Assembly (NCBI GenBank): GCA_043778225.1
Contig: JAYWGM010000041.1
Span: 1 to 64,000 of the forward strand
DNA length: 64,000 nucleotides
Origin: Deinococcales bacterium
GTDB lineage: Bacteria; Deinococcota; Deinococci; Deinococcales; JAAFIG01
Direction of reading: 5' to 3'
Shown here piece by piece: positions 28,425-39,938 of this stretch. Made by a program: the position numbers and the translations under genes. The first letter of the stretch is position 1, and every line of letters begins with the position of its first letter. Below the pieces are notes generated by a model that did not search any database, was not told the DNA's origin, and saw only the letters and a program-made list of their open reading frames with translations.

Positions 28425-30329
28425 GTGAGCCAACCGAATCCACAATTATTGGTCGAACTGTACGAGTACAAGGTGGCTGATATGCTCGAGCGCCGTGACC
28501 CACGTGGCGGTAAGCAATCGGTGCGCGAATTGCGCGATGTCTTGAGCAGCACCACCTTATCCAGCCAATTGCTGCGGCGTTTTCGCACAGCCGACCGCAC
28601 GCTGCGTGAAAAAAGTGCTGTACCAAGCAGCACGATGCACGTGATTGAACCCCAAGGTCTCGAGGTTGGAATTGGCGAAGGCTTTTTATTGACCGAGGCT
28701 GCTCCAGCCAACATCAACGAAGTGCCAGAAGTACCTGAATTTTTGGACGAAGAAGGCGAAGTCTTGCGGACTTTGGGGATGCGTATTTGGCGTGCCGAGT
28801 TATCCGAAGAACTGCTCGAGCAAGGTAAAAAATGGCGCTCCGAGAGCAATCGCTCAGTGCTGCGCTTGGTCTATGCGGTGCTGCATAACCTTGACCAGTA
28901 TGCTGAGCAAGCCACCTTTGTTTCGGACTTAAATTTATCGAAATTAAAAGTCGCTTCGGCTGTGCCAGACCCCAACGACAATGTGATTCGGCTTTCAGAC
29001 AGCGAAGCCGTGGATGGCTTAATGAGTTCCTTACTGCATCATATTTGGGATTTTTCGGTCGAGTACCCCAAGATTCGTCTGCCAGAAACCGAGGTCTTAG
29101 CCTACTTACGGCGTTTTGCGATGGCAGTAGCCAACGACCATTTGGCAGGCGAGCCACCGCCACCGATTCAGCCCAGCCCACGAGAAATCACCAGCACCAT
29201 GGATCAGGTACGGCGCGAGAACATGAACCCCGAAGCCAAATCCGAAATGCTGGCTAAGCTCAATCGGCAACTCGAGCAAGCCGCCGCCAAAGAGCGCGAA
29301 CAAGCCCAGAACTTGCAAAACGAACGCAAAATGCTGTTGGCAGCCGTGGAAACTTTGTTTACTTATTTAATCGAACGCCTGCCAGCCCGTTATGGCGGCA
29401 AAGACAAAGACGTGGGTTATCCAGTTCAGGTCTACGGCGCTCAAGCCGAATCGCGCCGCCTCGAGACCATTTTGCCCGATGCTCGGCAAGTGGTGGTACG
29501 TTTATCGCGCAGCACCGAATTTATTTTTGGACAAGTCAATTTGCAACTCATAAACCGCCCCGAGGGTTGGGTCGTGGCGCTTGGCGAAGCCGAGTACCCG
29601 ATCCAAAATGGGGCAGTTGTGCCACTCGAGGGACGTGAAATTCGGCTTTTTACCGATAACGCTGGCGTAACGCCTTATGTCCTGATGCAACTGCACGACC
29701 GCGATGGTGGCGGCTTATGGCACTTGTTAGCGATTGCCAAATGCACCGCCGTACTGCTCGACCCATCTTATAGCTTTATGAATATGCGCTTGATGCGAGC
29801 CACCGTTTCTTGGATTCGAGACCGCCGCATCGAACCTCGAGAATACCATCCCGAGACTGGCACAACCTATGCCACCGCCCCAGAAGAAAACCTCTTAAAA
29901 TATGCTCGCAACGCCTCGGAAAAAATCCTCGAGCGTTTACAGCGTTCGCCGGCTGGTACTCTCGAGAAAAGTTTTGCCACCGCCGCCGAAGTCCTCAACG
30001 AAGACGACAGCCACAACCGTGCTGACGTACTGGCACGAATTTTTGCCCAAGCCATGAAAACCCAAGCTGGCGAATTTATTGAAGGCTTGGAGTTACGTAC
30101 CCCCGATGAAGTGATTTTGGTTTCCTACCGAGGCGAACCGATCACGGTTCGCATCATGGGACGCGCCTTTACGATTCGCACCGATAACTTAGGCAAGATG
30201 TACGCTTTTGCGCCCGGTTCGGGTGGGCGAGCTTTTGAAGATGTGCTGTCGTTGCTTGTACCTGGTGGATTTGTGATGTTTGCTCGAGATGGCTTACGAA
30301 TCGCAGTTGGGTTTTTGCCGACACCTTAG
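28425..30329 (+). CDS. Conserved hypothetical protein (Deinococcota-like), coiled-coil
   Basis: 634-aa ORF with native codon style; TATACT 7 nt before GTG. Confidence 0.75.
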   Translation: MSQPNPQLLVELYEYKVADMLERRDPRGGKQSVRELRDVLSSTTLSSQLLRRFRTADRTLREKSAVPSSTMHVIEPQGLEVGIGEGFLLTEAAPANINEVPEVPEFLDEEGEVLRTLGMRIWRAELSEELLEQGKKWRSESNRSVLRLVYAVLHNLDQYAEQATFVSDLNLSKLKVASAVPDPNDNVIRLSDSEAVDGLMSSLLHHIWDFSVEYPKIRLPETEVLAYLRRFAMAVANDHLAGEPPPPIQPSPREITSTMDQVRRENMNPEAKSEMLAKLNRQLEQAAAKEREQAQNLQNERKMLLAAVETLFTYLIERLPARYGGKDKDVGYPVQVYGAQAESRRLETILPDARQVVVRLSRSTEFIFGQVNLQLINRPEGWVVALGEAEYPIQNGAVVPLEGREIRLFTDNAGVTPYVLMQLHDRDGGGLWHLLAIAKCTAVLLDPSYSFMNMRLMRATVSWIRDRRIEPREYHPETGTTYATAPEENLLKYARNASEKILERLQRSPAGTLEKSFATAAEVLNEDDSHNRADVLARIFAQAMKTQAGEFIEGLELRTPDEVILVSYRGEPITVRIMGRAFTIRTDNLGKMYAFAPGSGGRAFEDVLSLLVPGGFVMFARDGLRIAVGFLPTP

Positions 30330-30354
30330 AGCGGGTCAAAAGGGGAAAGGTTTT

Positions 30355-30765
30355 ATGAGTGTGTCTTTGCATCTGAAAGCCAAACTCGAGATGGTGCAAA
30401 ATTGTCTCGAGCCTTTGCTTTTGTCAGACTCGAGTGCGGTGCTTGTGCCGCGTTTGGAGTGGGTTAGTGTTTATGCCGAGCAACTCTCTGACGACATCGG
30501 CGACATCGAAGAATTGGCTTTGCCACTCTCAGAAATGAGCGAAGTGATTGCTGTTGTAGAAGAGCGAGTCTACCGTTTTGTCAAAGGCGCACTCCAAAAT
30601 CTCGAGCAAACCCCCAACGAACTACCCAAAGAAGCGCTTGCCGATTTTAGCACCATTCAAGCCCTTGCTCAAGCCGGATTGTTACCAATTGGCACAATGA
30701 CCCTCGAGAACGAAGCCGAAAAGCCCAGTTTAGCCGAATTTTTCGGGCGCAGCCAAGACGAGTAG
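30355..30765 (+). CDS. Hypothetical acidic protein
   Basis: ORF follows the previous gene on the same strand. Confidence 0.6.
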   Translation: MSVSLHLKAKLEMVQNCLEPLLLSDSSAVLVPRLEWVSVYAEQLSDDIGDIEELALPLSEMSEVIAVVEERVYRFVKGALQNLEQTPNELPKEALADFSTIQALAQAGLLPIGTMTLENEAEKPSLAEFFGRSQDE

Positions 30766-30897
30766 GGCAAGGGGAAAAGGGCAAGGGGGGAAAGGGCAAG
30801 GGGGGAAAGGGCAAGGGTTAAAAGGGGAAAAGGTTAAAAGGTCAAAAGTAGGAGGGCTTCACTTTTAACCTTTTCTACTTTTAACCTTTTAACCCTG
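30765..30897. repeat. G-rich 8-bp-period inverted tandem repeat
   Basis: gggcaaggggaaaagggcaaggggggaaagggcaagggggg...ggttaaaaggtcaaaa / ttttaaccttttctacttttaaccttttaacc. Confidence 0.85.
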
Positions 30898-30899
30898 CT

Positions 30900-32464
<1,565 letters not shown>

Positions 32465-32465
<1 letters not shown>

Positions 32466-33595
32466 TACGAAATTCTACTATTTTTCCACATCTCGAGGAG
32501 TTCTGTTACGGTTTGGGTATTGGTGGCTTCAATAAGGCTACGCCGTGGAATCTCGAGCGGCGTGTCGGTCATGAGGTGTGGCAGGATTTCGCTGCTTTGG
32601 GGTTGCCACGTCTCGAGCCATGTTTGCGGCACAGCATTTGGCAATTGGATATGCTCGAGGGCTGCGTACAATTCTGCCCAGATTCGCGGCACAGCATGAA
32701 GCGTGGCATAACCACCGCCGCCCGTAGCAAGTATTTTTCCATTGGTGTACTGGGCTGCCAGTTGCACAATTAAGCGGTAGGCTTTGGCGTAGCCTTGGGT
32801 GGTCAGACCCAAATCTGCCAGTGGGTCAAATTCATGTGCATCTGCGCCACCTTGCAACACCAGCACATCGGGCTTAAACCATGAAAGCGCCGGCGTAAGA
32901 ACCCGCTCTAATACCTCAAGAAACGACTCATCTTGGGTGTACGGCTCGAGCGGCACGTTGAGGCTGTAGCCCATGCCAGCGCCGCGTCCGAGTTCATAAG
33001 TTGCGCCAGTCCCCGGAAATAAATAGCGCCCCGTTTCGTGCAAAGAAATCGTTAAGACATTGTTTTCGCTGTAATGCAGCCATTGCACACCATCGCCGTG
33101 ATGTGCGTCTATATCGAGGTACGCGACCCGTAAACCTTGCGCCGTCAAATGCCGAATCGCAATAGACAAGTCGTTGTAGACACAAAAACCACTGCCTGAA
33201 GCCAATTGCGCGTGATGCAAGCCACCAGCTAAACTCAGCACTTTTTGGGCAATGCCAGAAGCAATCAGCCGTGCGCCCTCGAGTGTGCCACCACAAACCG
33301 AAGCTGTGGCATTGTGCATTCCAGCAAAAATTGGTGTGTCGGACGTTCCAATGCCGTACTCGAGCGCATCTGGCACAGACTCAAGGTTCGAGGCTCGCAT
33401 CACGCGCTGCACATAACCACGCGAATGGGTGGTCAAAATATCTTCAAGACTGGCTGGTAAAAAATCTTTGACCAAAAGCGGCACACCAAAGCACTCAAGT
33501 AAATGCTTAACGGCCTCAGGGCGAATACTCTTGAACGGATGATGCTGCCCAAGGTCGTAAGAAAGCGTGACAGGATTAAATAAAAAGGTCGTCAT
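32465..33595 (-). CDS. acuC: AcuC-like zinc-dependent deacetylase
   Basis: HPFK..R, GGLHHA, SGFCVYND, DIDAHHGDGVQ, GADAH..DPL, GGGGY. Confidence 0.88.
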
Positions 33596-34203
33596 CCGCG
33601 CAGCCCACCTTCGAGAAAACGCAAACGGTCAAATTCTGCTTTTAATTCTTCGCTTGCGCCCTCACCCACTCGAGCCATGAGGGAATTACCGGGATAGTAG
33701 GCAATTTCGGGGTCATCGGTCTTAAAAATCTGAAAGCCAACACTGCCATACATCCGCTCGAGTAATTTGCGGTAAGCATGGCTGGTCAAACCCGTGTTAT
33801 CCAAATCAAAATGCCACTGGTAAATCGTGGCTATCACAATTTTATTGTTGTACCGCCCAGTCCCAATACCAACCTCGAGCAGTGTCCGCGCCAAATGCCG
33901 CCCACGATGGGTTTTACTGGTCTCGACCGCCCCCAACTCGAGCAAGCCAGCCACTCGAGAACCGCTCCAACGTTCAATTTCATCTGGTGGATGAAAAGTC
34001 GCATAGCCAATAATCCGATGTGCCAATTTAGCAATGCAAACGCAACTATCGTCAGAATTAGCAATGCTGACCAGCGCTTCTTTTTGCAATTCGGGTTCTC
34101 GAAAAACATTGAGGCTTTGTTCCATCTCGAGCCGCGCAATTAAATTCGGGTCGGCACAAGGCAGCACTTCGATACTGCCATACGGACTCGAGATTAGACG
34201 CAT
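33592..34203 (-). CDS. acuA: AcuA-like GNAT acetyltransferase
   Basis: IIGYATFHPPDE.ERW, LELGAVE, Y.WH.D, TDDPEI; adjacent to acuC. Confidence 0.8.
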   Translation of the reverse strand: MRLISSPYGSIEVLPCADPNLIARLEMEQSLNVFREPELQKEALVSIANSDDSCVCIAKLAHRIIGYATFHPPDEIERWSGSRVAGLLELGAVETSKTHRGRHLARTLLEVGIGTGRYNNKIVIATIYQWHFDLDNTGLTSHAYRKLLERMYGSVGFQIFKTDDPEIAYYPGNSLMARVGEGASEELKAEFDRLRFLEGGLRG

Positions 34204-34207
34204 AAGG

Positions 34208-35035
34208 CTATTCTACTGTTTTAATTGGTCTCGAGTCGTCCGAAACCCAATCTGACCAACTGCCTGCATAGAGTTTCGCACCGTGCAGCCCACCAAGCTC
34301 GAGCGAAAGCAAATTGGCACAAGCACTGACCCCACTACCGCAATACACAATCGTGTCCGCAGCAGTCTCGAGGTCAAAGCGTTGGCGTTGGGCGTTGGCA
34401 TCTTTCCAAAAGCCATTTTCCAGAGCGCTTGCCCAGACTATATTTTGGGCATCTGGGATATGCCCAGCTTTTTTATCGAGCGGTTCGATTTCGCCACGGT
34501 AACGTTCTGGCGCTCGAGAATCAATTAAAATTGTGCCAGTTGCTCGAGTTGCCACATCCTCGGCACTTGCTAACATCTCTGGGCGCACTCGAGGAACAAA
34601 AAGGCTTTTAGGATGTGCTGGCGTGTCAGTCTCGAGCGAACCCGTCCACGCACCAATCCCACCATCCAAAACTTTTACTTGGTCATGCCCAAGGTAACGC
34701 AGCAACCACCACAAATGCGCCGCGTAAAACCCCTGCCCAGAACTTGGGTCGTCGTAAGCCACAATTAAATGCTGGTTGCCAATGCCAAGGCTCGAGAGTC
34801 GGGCTGCCAAAATTTCTGGGTTTGGCAGAGGATGCCGCCCTCCTGTGCCATTTGGGTGTTTGGCACTCGAGAGGTCGGTTTCTAAGTCCAAAAAAATGGC
34901 GTTTGGGATATGCCCAGCAAGGTACGCCTCGAGACCTACCGAAGGTTTGCCCAGCCAAAAACGTGTGTCCACAATCCGAATATCTGGGTTTCTAATGTTC
35001 TCGAGCAGCCAAGTTGAACTTACGAGTGGATTCAT
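34208..35035 (-). CDS. Tandem-rhodanese sulfurtransferase (SseA-like)
   Basis: GHIPNA, GRHPLP, VLDGG, YCGSGVSAC, LYAGSWSDW. Confidence 0.92.
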   Translation of the reverse strand: MNPLVSSTWLLENIRNPDIRIVDTRFWLGKPSVGLEAYLAGHIPNAIFLDLETDLSSAKHPNGTGGRHPLPNPEILAARLSSLGIGNQHLIVAYDDPSSGQGFYAAHLWWLLRYLGHDQVKVLDGGIGAWTGSLETDTPAHPKSLFVPRVRPEMLASAEDVATRATGTILIDSRAPERYRGEIEPLDKKAGHIPDAQNIVWASALENGFWKDANAQRQRFDLETAADTIVYCGSGVSACANLLSLELGGLHGAKLYAGSWSDWVSDDSRPIKTVE

Positions 35036-36486
35036 GCTTTATTATGCACAATTTCTGCCCATGCCGCCAAATAATCTACCGTCCAGTGCATTAGTTTTTC
35101 GACGCTACCGACTGTAAAATACTCGTCGGGCGCATGAGCGCGGTCGCCGTGTCCCGTCCCCGCTATCGAAAACGGAATTTGCTTCCCGAGTGTGGTCAGT
35201 AAACTGGCTGGACAACAATTATTGGCAATTGCCCAAACCGAAAGCGGTACTTGGTGGGCGGCGGCGACCACTCGAGCTGCTTGGAGCAAAGTGTCATCGG
35301 CTTCGGGCAGCGCGGCGGCGGCGCTATAACCACGCAACTGGCGCAACTTGACCATATTGTGACCGCGCTTATTCAAATGCTCTTGCACCAAATCTGCCAC
35401 CTCTTCTGGGGTCACTCCCGGCGGAAAACGAATGTCCACTTTGGCTCGAGCCTTGCCTGGCATATTGGTGTAGTACACATCGTCTTGGTAGCCGCCTTGC
35501 ACACCCTGAACATTGATTGTGGCTGCCAACATATAGTGGGCTAAATGCTCGGAGAGGCGCTTGCCACCTAAAAACTTTTTGACATTCAAGTTGTGCAACA
35601 TATTGGCTTCCCACTGCGGGTTATCCAAAAATAATTGCTCGAGTTGCTGTACTTCGGGGCTATCGGGCTGGACTGGAAGCTCGAGGCGTTCGGTCAAACC
35701 ATCCACAGTCAGGCGCTGCTCGTCGGTGTAGAGCGTGCCAAGGGCTCTGACCAAGCGCATTAGGGGCGCATCTATCCAAGCGCTGTTGCCCGCCCAGACG
35801 TGGCGCGAATCAGCCGTACCGCCCCATGCTCCGCCGTTGCACTCGAGGGTCGCAAAGAGTGTTCCCTTAAAAGCCCGGCGCAGCGTCATTGTGCCAGCGC
35901 TGTTTTGCTGCATACAAGGCAGCCATGCACCCTGAGCTTTCTCGAGGAGTTCGCGGTGCTGTTCGACAAAAGCCGCCATGCTGGGGCTGCCAATTTCTTC
36001 TTCGCCTTCGATTAAGTAAATTAAGTTTACTGGCATTTCTGTGCCGCTCTCGAGGATGGCAGCCACACCAAGAATACTTGCCAACACGGGTCCTTTATGG
36101 TTATTCGCGCCGCGCCCAACCACAATCTGCCCAAGGTGCGGCAATAACCCAAGGTCAGCAGCTTCAACAATCCGCGCCTCGAGTGGCGGCACAGACCATT
36201 CTTCTTCCCAAGTCGGGGTGATGTCGTACAAGCCATAAACCAGTAACCACGGTGCATTGGGGTTACTCGAGCGAACTGTCCCCATCACCATTGGATGCCC
36301 AGCCGTTGGGTAAACGGCTGCATCTGGCGCGATGCGTTGCAAAAGATTCTTGGCGTATTCCGCACCCTCGAGTATTCCCACGCCCGTATCGGAAAAACTT
36401 GGTACGCGAATCCAGTCGCGCACCGCCTCGAGTGATTCGGTGGCTCGAGACGTAATTAAATCGTGGGTGATTTTATAATCATTCAT
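35032..36486 (-). CDS. M20/M25/M40 family metallohydrolase
   Basis: LVYGLYD, GRGANNHKG, EGEEEIGS, AHAPDEY; the metal-ligand motifs diverge from the usual YGHYD and DDKG. Confidence 0.8.
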   Translation of the reverse strand: MNDYKITHDLITSRATESLEAVRDWIRVPSFSDTGVGILEGAEYAKNLLQRIAPDAAVYPTAGHPMVMGTVRSSNPNAPWLLVYGLYDITPTWEEEWSVPPLEARIVEAADLGLLPHLGQIVVGRGANNHKGPVLASILGVAAILESGTEMPVNLIYLIEGEEEIGSPSMAAFVEQHRELLEKAQGAWLPCMQQNSAGTMTLRRAFKGTLFATLECNGGAWGGTADSRHVWAGNSAWIDAPLMRLVRALGTLYTDEQRLTVDGLTERLELPVQPDSPEVQQLEQLFLDNPQWEANMLHNLNVKKFLGGKRLSEHLAHYMLAATINVQGVQGGYQDDVYYTNMPGKARAKVDIRFPPGVTPEEVADLVQEHLNKRGHNMVKLRQLRGYSAAAALPEADDTLLQAARVVAAAHQVPLSVWAIANNCCPASLLTTLGKQIPFSIAGTGHGDRAHAPDEYFTVGSVEKLMHWTVDYLAAWAEIVHNKA

Positions 36487-37394
36487 TTTTTATCAATCCC
36501 TAATTGGTTGCGCCATTGTGCAATACTTTTTCCAAGTACCTGATTTTGCAGTGTTTTGGGGTAAAAGATTGTATTAATTTGAGAGTCGTAAATACGCCAG
36601 ATTTTACCAAAATTATCTGATTCTTTTTCAAAAACTGTGCCTTTCAGTTGATAGGCAACACTTTTTGTTTTGGTTTTATTCAAAGCAGCTTCGGCAGTAG
36701 GAGGAAGTTCGATTCGCCTAGCAGCCGAAACGTTACCTTGGTTAAATTCTCGTACACCACCTGCTAACCAGATGTTATCACGGCGCTGGGCTAAAGCTCG
36801 AGCATTGCCAATATAGGGTTCTAAAAGTTTTGGCGTACCAGAAATAAGTTTGGTCATGCACCACGGAAAAAGTACCAGCAGGGAATCATCACGAATAAGA
36901 TTGGGCGCAGCTTCAAAGCGAGCCGTAATGTCGTCAATTGCAAATACAAACCATGATTTTATTTCGATAGATAAAAGAAAACGCTTATGCTGACGGTCAA
37001 CCAAGTATAAATCTGGGAATTGTACTGCGTTGCGAACAAATTCTAAATTAGGGTCGGTTGTCCAACTGCTTTTCAAAGCAGAATTCAGTTGTGTACCAAT
37101 AAGCTCTTCAATACCTTGCCCAACGTAATTGTTAAAGCGATTAAGCAACCCAAGATACCCTTTGCATTGTTGAGCCAAAGTTTCTTCTTCATCATTATGG
37201 CTTGCCAAATTTGCTGTCTCCAATTCAATCGCTTCAAACCGAGGCATTGAAATCTCGAGGTCATCATGTAAAAGCATTCCCGCCAAACCAAAAATCGCTT
37301 TTTTTATTCGTGCAGTCATGTCTGGATGGGTAGACTCGAGTAATCCAGTCGCAAAATGGTATTCGGTTTGTTGAGTCAAACTCAGTGTTTTCAT
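36483..37394 (-). CDS. Putative type II restriction endonuclease (PD-(D/E)XK)
   Basis: QFPDLYL...SIEIKSW motif; AT-richer; next to an HTH gene and a DNA methyltransferase. Confidence 0.65.
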   Translation of the reverse strand: MKTLSLTQQTEYHFATGLLESTHPDMTARIKKAIFGLAGMLLHDDLEISMPRFEAIELETANLASHNDEEETLAQQCKGYLGLLNRFNNYVGQGIEELIGTQLNSALKSSWTTDPNLEFVRNAVQFPDLYLVDRQHKRFLLSIEIKSWFVFAIDDITARFEAAPNLIRDDSLLVLFPWCMTKLISGTPKLLEPYIGNARALAQRRDNIWLAGGVREFNQGNVSAARRIELPPTAEAALNKTKTKSVAYQLKGTVFEKESDNFGKIWRIYDSQINTIFYPKTLQNQVLGKSIAQWRNQLGIDKK

Positions 37395-37636
37395 ACGATT
37401 TCCTCTATGTACTCGAGAATGTCGCTAACTTGAATGGTTTTACCAGTCAATTGCCGTAAGCCCAAAATCACAAGGGACAGGGTACTTAAATCAACTCGAG
37501 TTGGTTCTTGTCCAATCCGTACTAAACGATAAATTGTATTTGGACGGGTTTTTTCAGCAAGGATACGGGCTAGTGCGTAAGCACTTTTTCCTTCTTGCTC
37601 GAGCAAAGAACGAAGTTTCCAACGGGTTTTTGGCAT
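37391..37636 (-). CDS. Small Cro/XRE-like HTH regulator (controller-protein position)
   Basis: WKLRSLLEQEGKSAYALA...NTIYRL...VDL.TL...VSDILEY; overlaps the endonuclease start. Confidence 0.75.
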   Translation of the reverse strand: MPKTRWKLRSLLEQEGKSAYALARILAEKTRPNTIYRLVRIGQEPTRVDLSTLSLVILGLRQLTGKTIQVSDILEYIEEIV

Positions 37637-37705
37637 GATACACAGTAACCGACACGCTTTATCTGTTACCAGTTGCGCTATTTGTTACCATGATATGATG
37701 GTTGT

Positions 37706-38740
37706 ATGTCCGTTTCTGTGCTGACTCAAGCAATGCCAAGCCGTTTTGAACCCCAAACCATTCAAAGCGCCCAGGTGTTTTTAGCTGATGCCTTGGATGT
37801 TTATTCGCTTTGGGCAACTCCGACCATTATTTTTTCAGATGGAGCGTATGGTATCGGTGGTTTTGCTGGCGACCCCGTTCAGCCATCGGGTTTACGAGAA
37901 TGGTACGAACCTCATGTGCGTCAATGGTCAGCCAAAGCCAATGGTCAAACAACCCTTTGGTTCTGGAATACCGAAGTTGGTTGGGCAACTGTTCATCCCT
38001 TGCTACTCGAGTATGGCTGGGAATACCGTGGCTGTAATATATGGGATAAAGGCATTGGACATATTGCTGGAAATGCCAATACCAAAACCTTACGAAAATT
38101 TCCTGTTGTCACCGAAGTATGCGCTCATTACACCAAAGCAGTTCGTTTTGATTTTCAGGGACAGCAGCTTTCGATGCAGCAATGGTTACGCGCCGAGTGG
38201 TTACGGACAGGCTTACCGTTAAGTAAAACTAATCAGGCTTGTGGTGTGGTAAATGCGGCTACCCGAAAATACTTTACCAATTGCCACTTATGGTATTACC
38301 CTCCCGTAGAAATGTTTGAAAAAATTGTTGAATATGCCAATCGTTACGGAGAGCTTTCCCAACGACCCTATTTTTCAGTCAATGGTCTCGAGCCACTATC
38401 GGCTTTAGAATGGGGGCAAATGCGAGCAAAATTTAAGCTCGAGTACGGGATTACCAATGTTTGGTCTACACCACCAGTGCGTGGCACGGAACGACTCAAA
38501 AACAGTCATGGTACACTCCACGCCAATCAAAAGCCACTTTCTTTAACTGAACGTTTAATTCTTGCAACTTCTGAACCCAACGACATCATTTGGGAACCAT
38601 TCGGTGGACTTGCCACCGCAGCCCTAGCCGCAATTCTCAATGACCGTCAGTGCCTAACTGCCGAGATTTCAGAATCTACCTATAAAGACGCAATTCAAAG
38701 ACTACGGCTCGAGTCAGAGCGCCTTGCTTTGAATTTCTAA
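37706..38740 (+). CDS. Amino-DNA methyltransferase (N4-C/N6-A, beta-class order)
   Basis: N-terminal SDGAY (DPPY-position variant), H.NQKP, C-terminal WEPFGGLAT SAM-binding motif. Confidence 0.85.
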   Translation: MSVSVLTQAMPSRFEPQTIQSAQVFLADALDVYSLWATPTIIFSDGAYGIGGFAGDPVQPSGLREWYEPHVRQWSAKANGQTTLWFWNTEVGWATVHPLLLEYGWEYRGCNIWDKGIGHIAGNANTKTLRKFPVVTEVCAHYTKAVRFDFQGQQLSMQQWLRAEWLRTGLPLSKTNQACGVVNAATRKYFTNCHLWYYPPVEMFEKIVEYANRYGELSQRPYFSVNGLEPLSALEWGQMRAKFKLEYGITNVWSTPPVRGTERLKNSHGTLHANQKPLSLTERLILATSEPNDIIWEPFGGLATAALAAILNDRQCLTAEISESTYKDAIQRLRLESERLALNF

Positions 38741-38760
38741 TCTTTGAATTTAGGTCTGGT

Positions 38761-39936
38761 TCATAACGCCTCGGCAGCCGCAAAACCAGCTTCAAGGTCT
38801 GCCCAGAGGTCTTCAGGATGCTCGAGTCCAATGCTCAGGCGAATCAAATTTTTAGGCACATCAAAACGCACAAATGGATTGAGCGAGTCGCGCCGTTGAA
38901 AGCCCAGTACCGCCGGAAAAACCAGACTCTCAAAGCCGCCCCAACTGACCCCGAGCTTAAAATACTCGAGCCGATTAATAAAGCGCTTGATTGCGTCAGT
39001 ATCGGCTTTAATTTCAAAACTCAATAAGCCACTTGTGCCATCTAGCCGTGCCGCCAAGTCGCGTTGGGCAAAACTTTTTAAGCCCGGATAGTTTACTCGA
39101 GCTACCAGAGCATGAGCTTCTAAGCGCGAGGCAAACTCGAGCGCACTTTTTTGGTGGGCTGCCATCCGCAAGGGTAAGGTTCGTAAGCCGCGCAACAACA
39201 ACCAAGCCTCGAATGGCGCAAGTTTCCCGCCCAGCACCGTATACTCGAGCGCGTTGATGCGTTTAATGTCGGCACTGCGCCCGACCAGCACACCCGCCAC
39301 AGTATCCGAATGTCCACCAATGTATTTGGAGGCGCTGTGCAGTACCATGTCTATGCCGTACTCGAGCGGACGCTGGAAAATCGGAGTTGCCCACGAATTG
39401 TCTATGATGGTAAAGACCCCGTGTTCTTTGGCTAAGGCTGCCACAGCACTTAAATCTTGCAAATGAAAAAGCAGACTACTTGGACTCTCGAGGTAGAGTA
39501 AACTCGCACCAGGCAAGGCTCGAGCAATCGCATCTAAGTCGCGTCCGTCTACAAACTCAACTTCGATGCCGTAGCGTGGCGCAAGTTGGGTCAGGAACTT
39601 AAAAGCATCGGGGTAACAGCCCTCGACACAAACCACCCGTGACCCTGTTTGGGTCTGTGCCAAAATGGCGGTGCTGATGGCTGCCATGCCGCTCGAGAAG
39701 GCTCGGGCTTGTTCACCACGCTCGAGTTCAGCCATTTTCTGCTCGAAGACCTCGACGCTTGGGTTGTTACCACGTGAATACAGATGATGGCTGTCCGAGT
39801 CTACAAAGGCGGATTCCATTTGCTCAAAGGATTCAAACGTAAACAACGAAGTCTGATAAATCGGTGGGACAACCGCTCCAAACGGGTAGCTCGAGTCGTG
39901 TGCCAGAATTGTTTGTGGATGACTCGATTTAGCCAT
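38761..39936 (-). CDS. PLP-dependent trans-sulfuration-family lyase (Cys/Met metabolism)
   Basis: VVPPIYQTS, YSRG.NP, FSSGMAAI, DNSWATP, HSASKYIGGHSD, RLSIGLE. Confidence 0.9.
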   Translation of the reverse strand: MAKSSHPQTILAHDSSYPFGAVVPPIYQTSLFTFESFEQMESAFVDSDSHHLYSRGNNPSVEVFEQKMAELERGEQARAFSSGMAAISTAILAQTQTGSRVVCVEGCYPDAFKFLTQLAPRYGIEVEFVDGRDLDAIARALPGASLLYLESPSSLLFHLQDLSAVAALAKEHGVFTIIDNSWATPIFQRPLEYGIDMVLHSASKYIGGHSDTVAGVLVGRSADIKRINALEYTVLGGKLAPFEAWLLLRGLRTLPLRMAAHQKSALEFASRLEAHALVARVNYPGLKSFAQRDLAARLDGTSGLLSFEIKADTDAIKRFINRLEYFKLGVSWGGFESLVFPAVLGFQRRDSLNPFVRFDVPKNLIRLSIGLEHPEDLWADLEAGFAAAEAL

Positions 39937-39938
39937 GT

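Noticed and set aside
37706..38740. Assigning this methyltransferase to CTCGAG
   Set aside because: Specificity cannot be read from sequence, and a cognate nuclease usually causes avoidance rather than enrichment.
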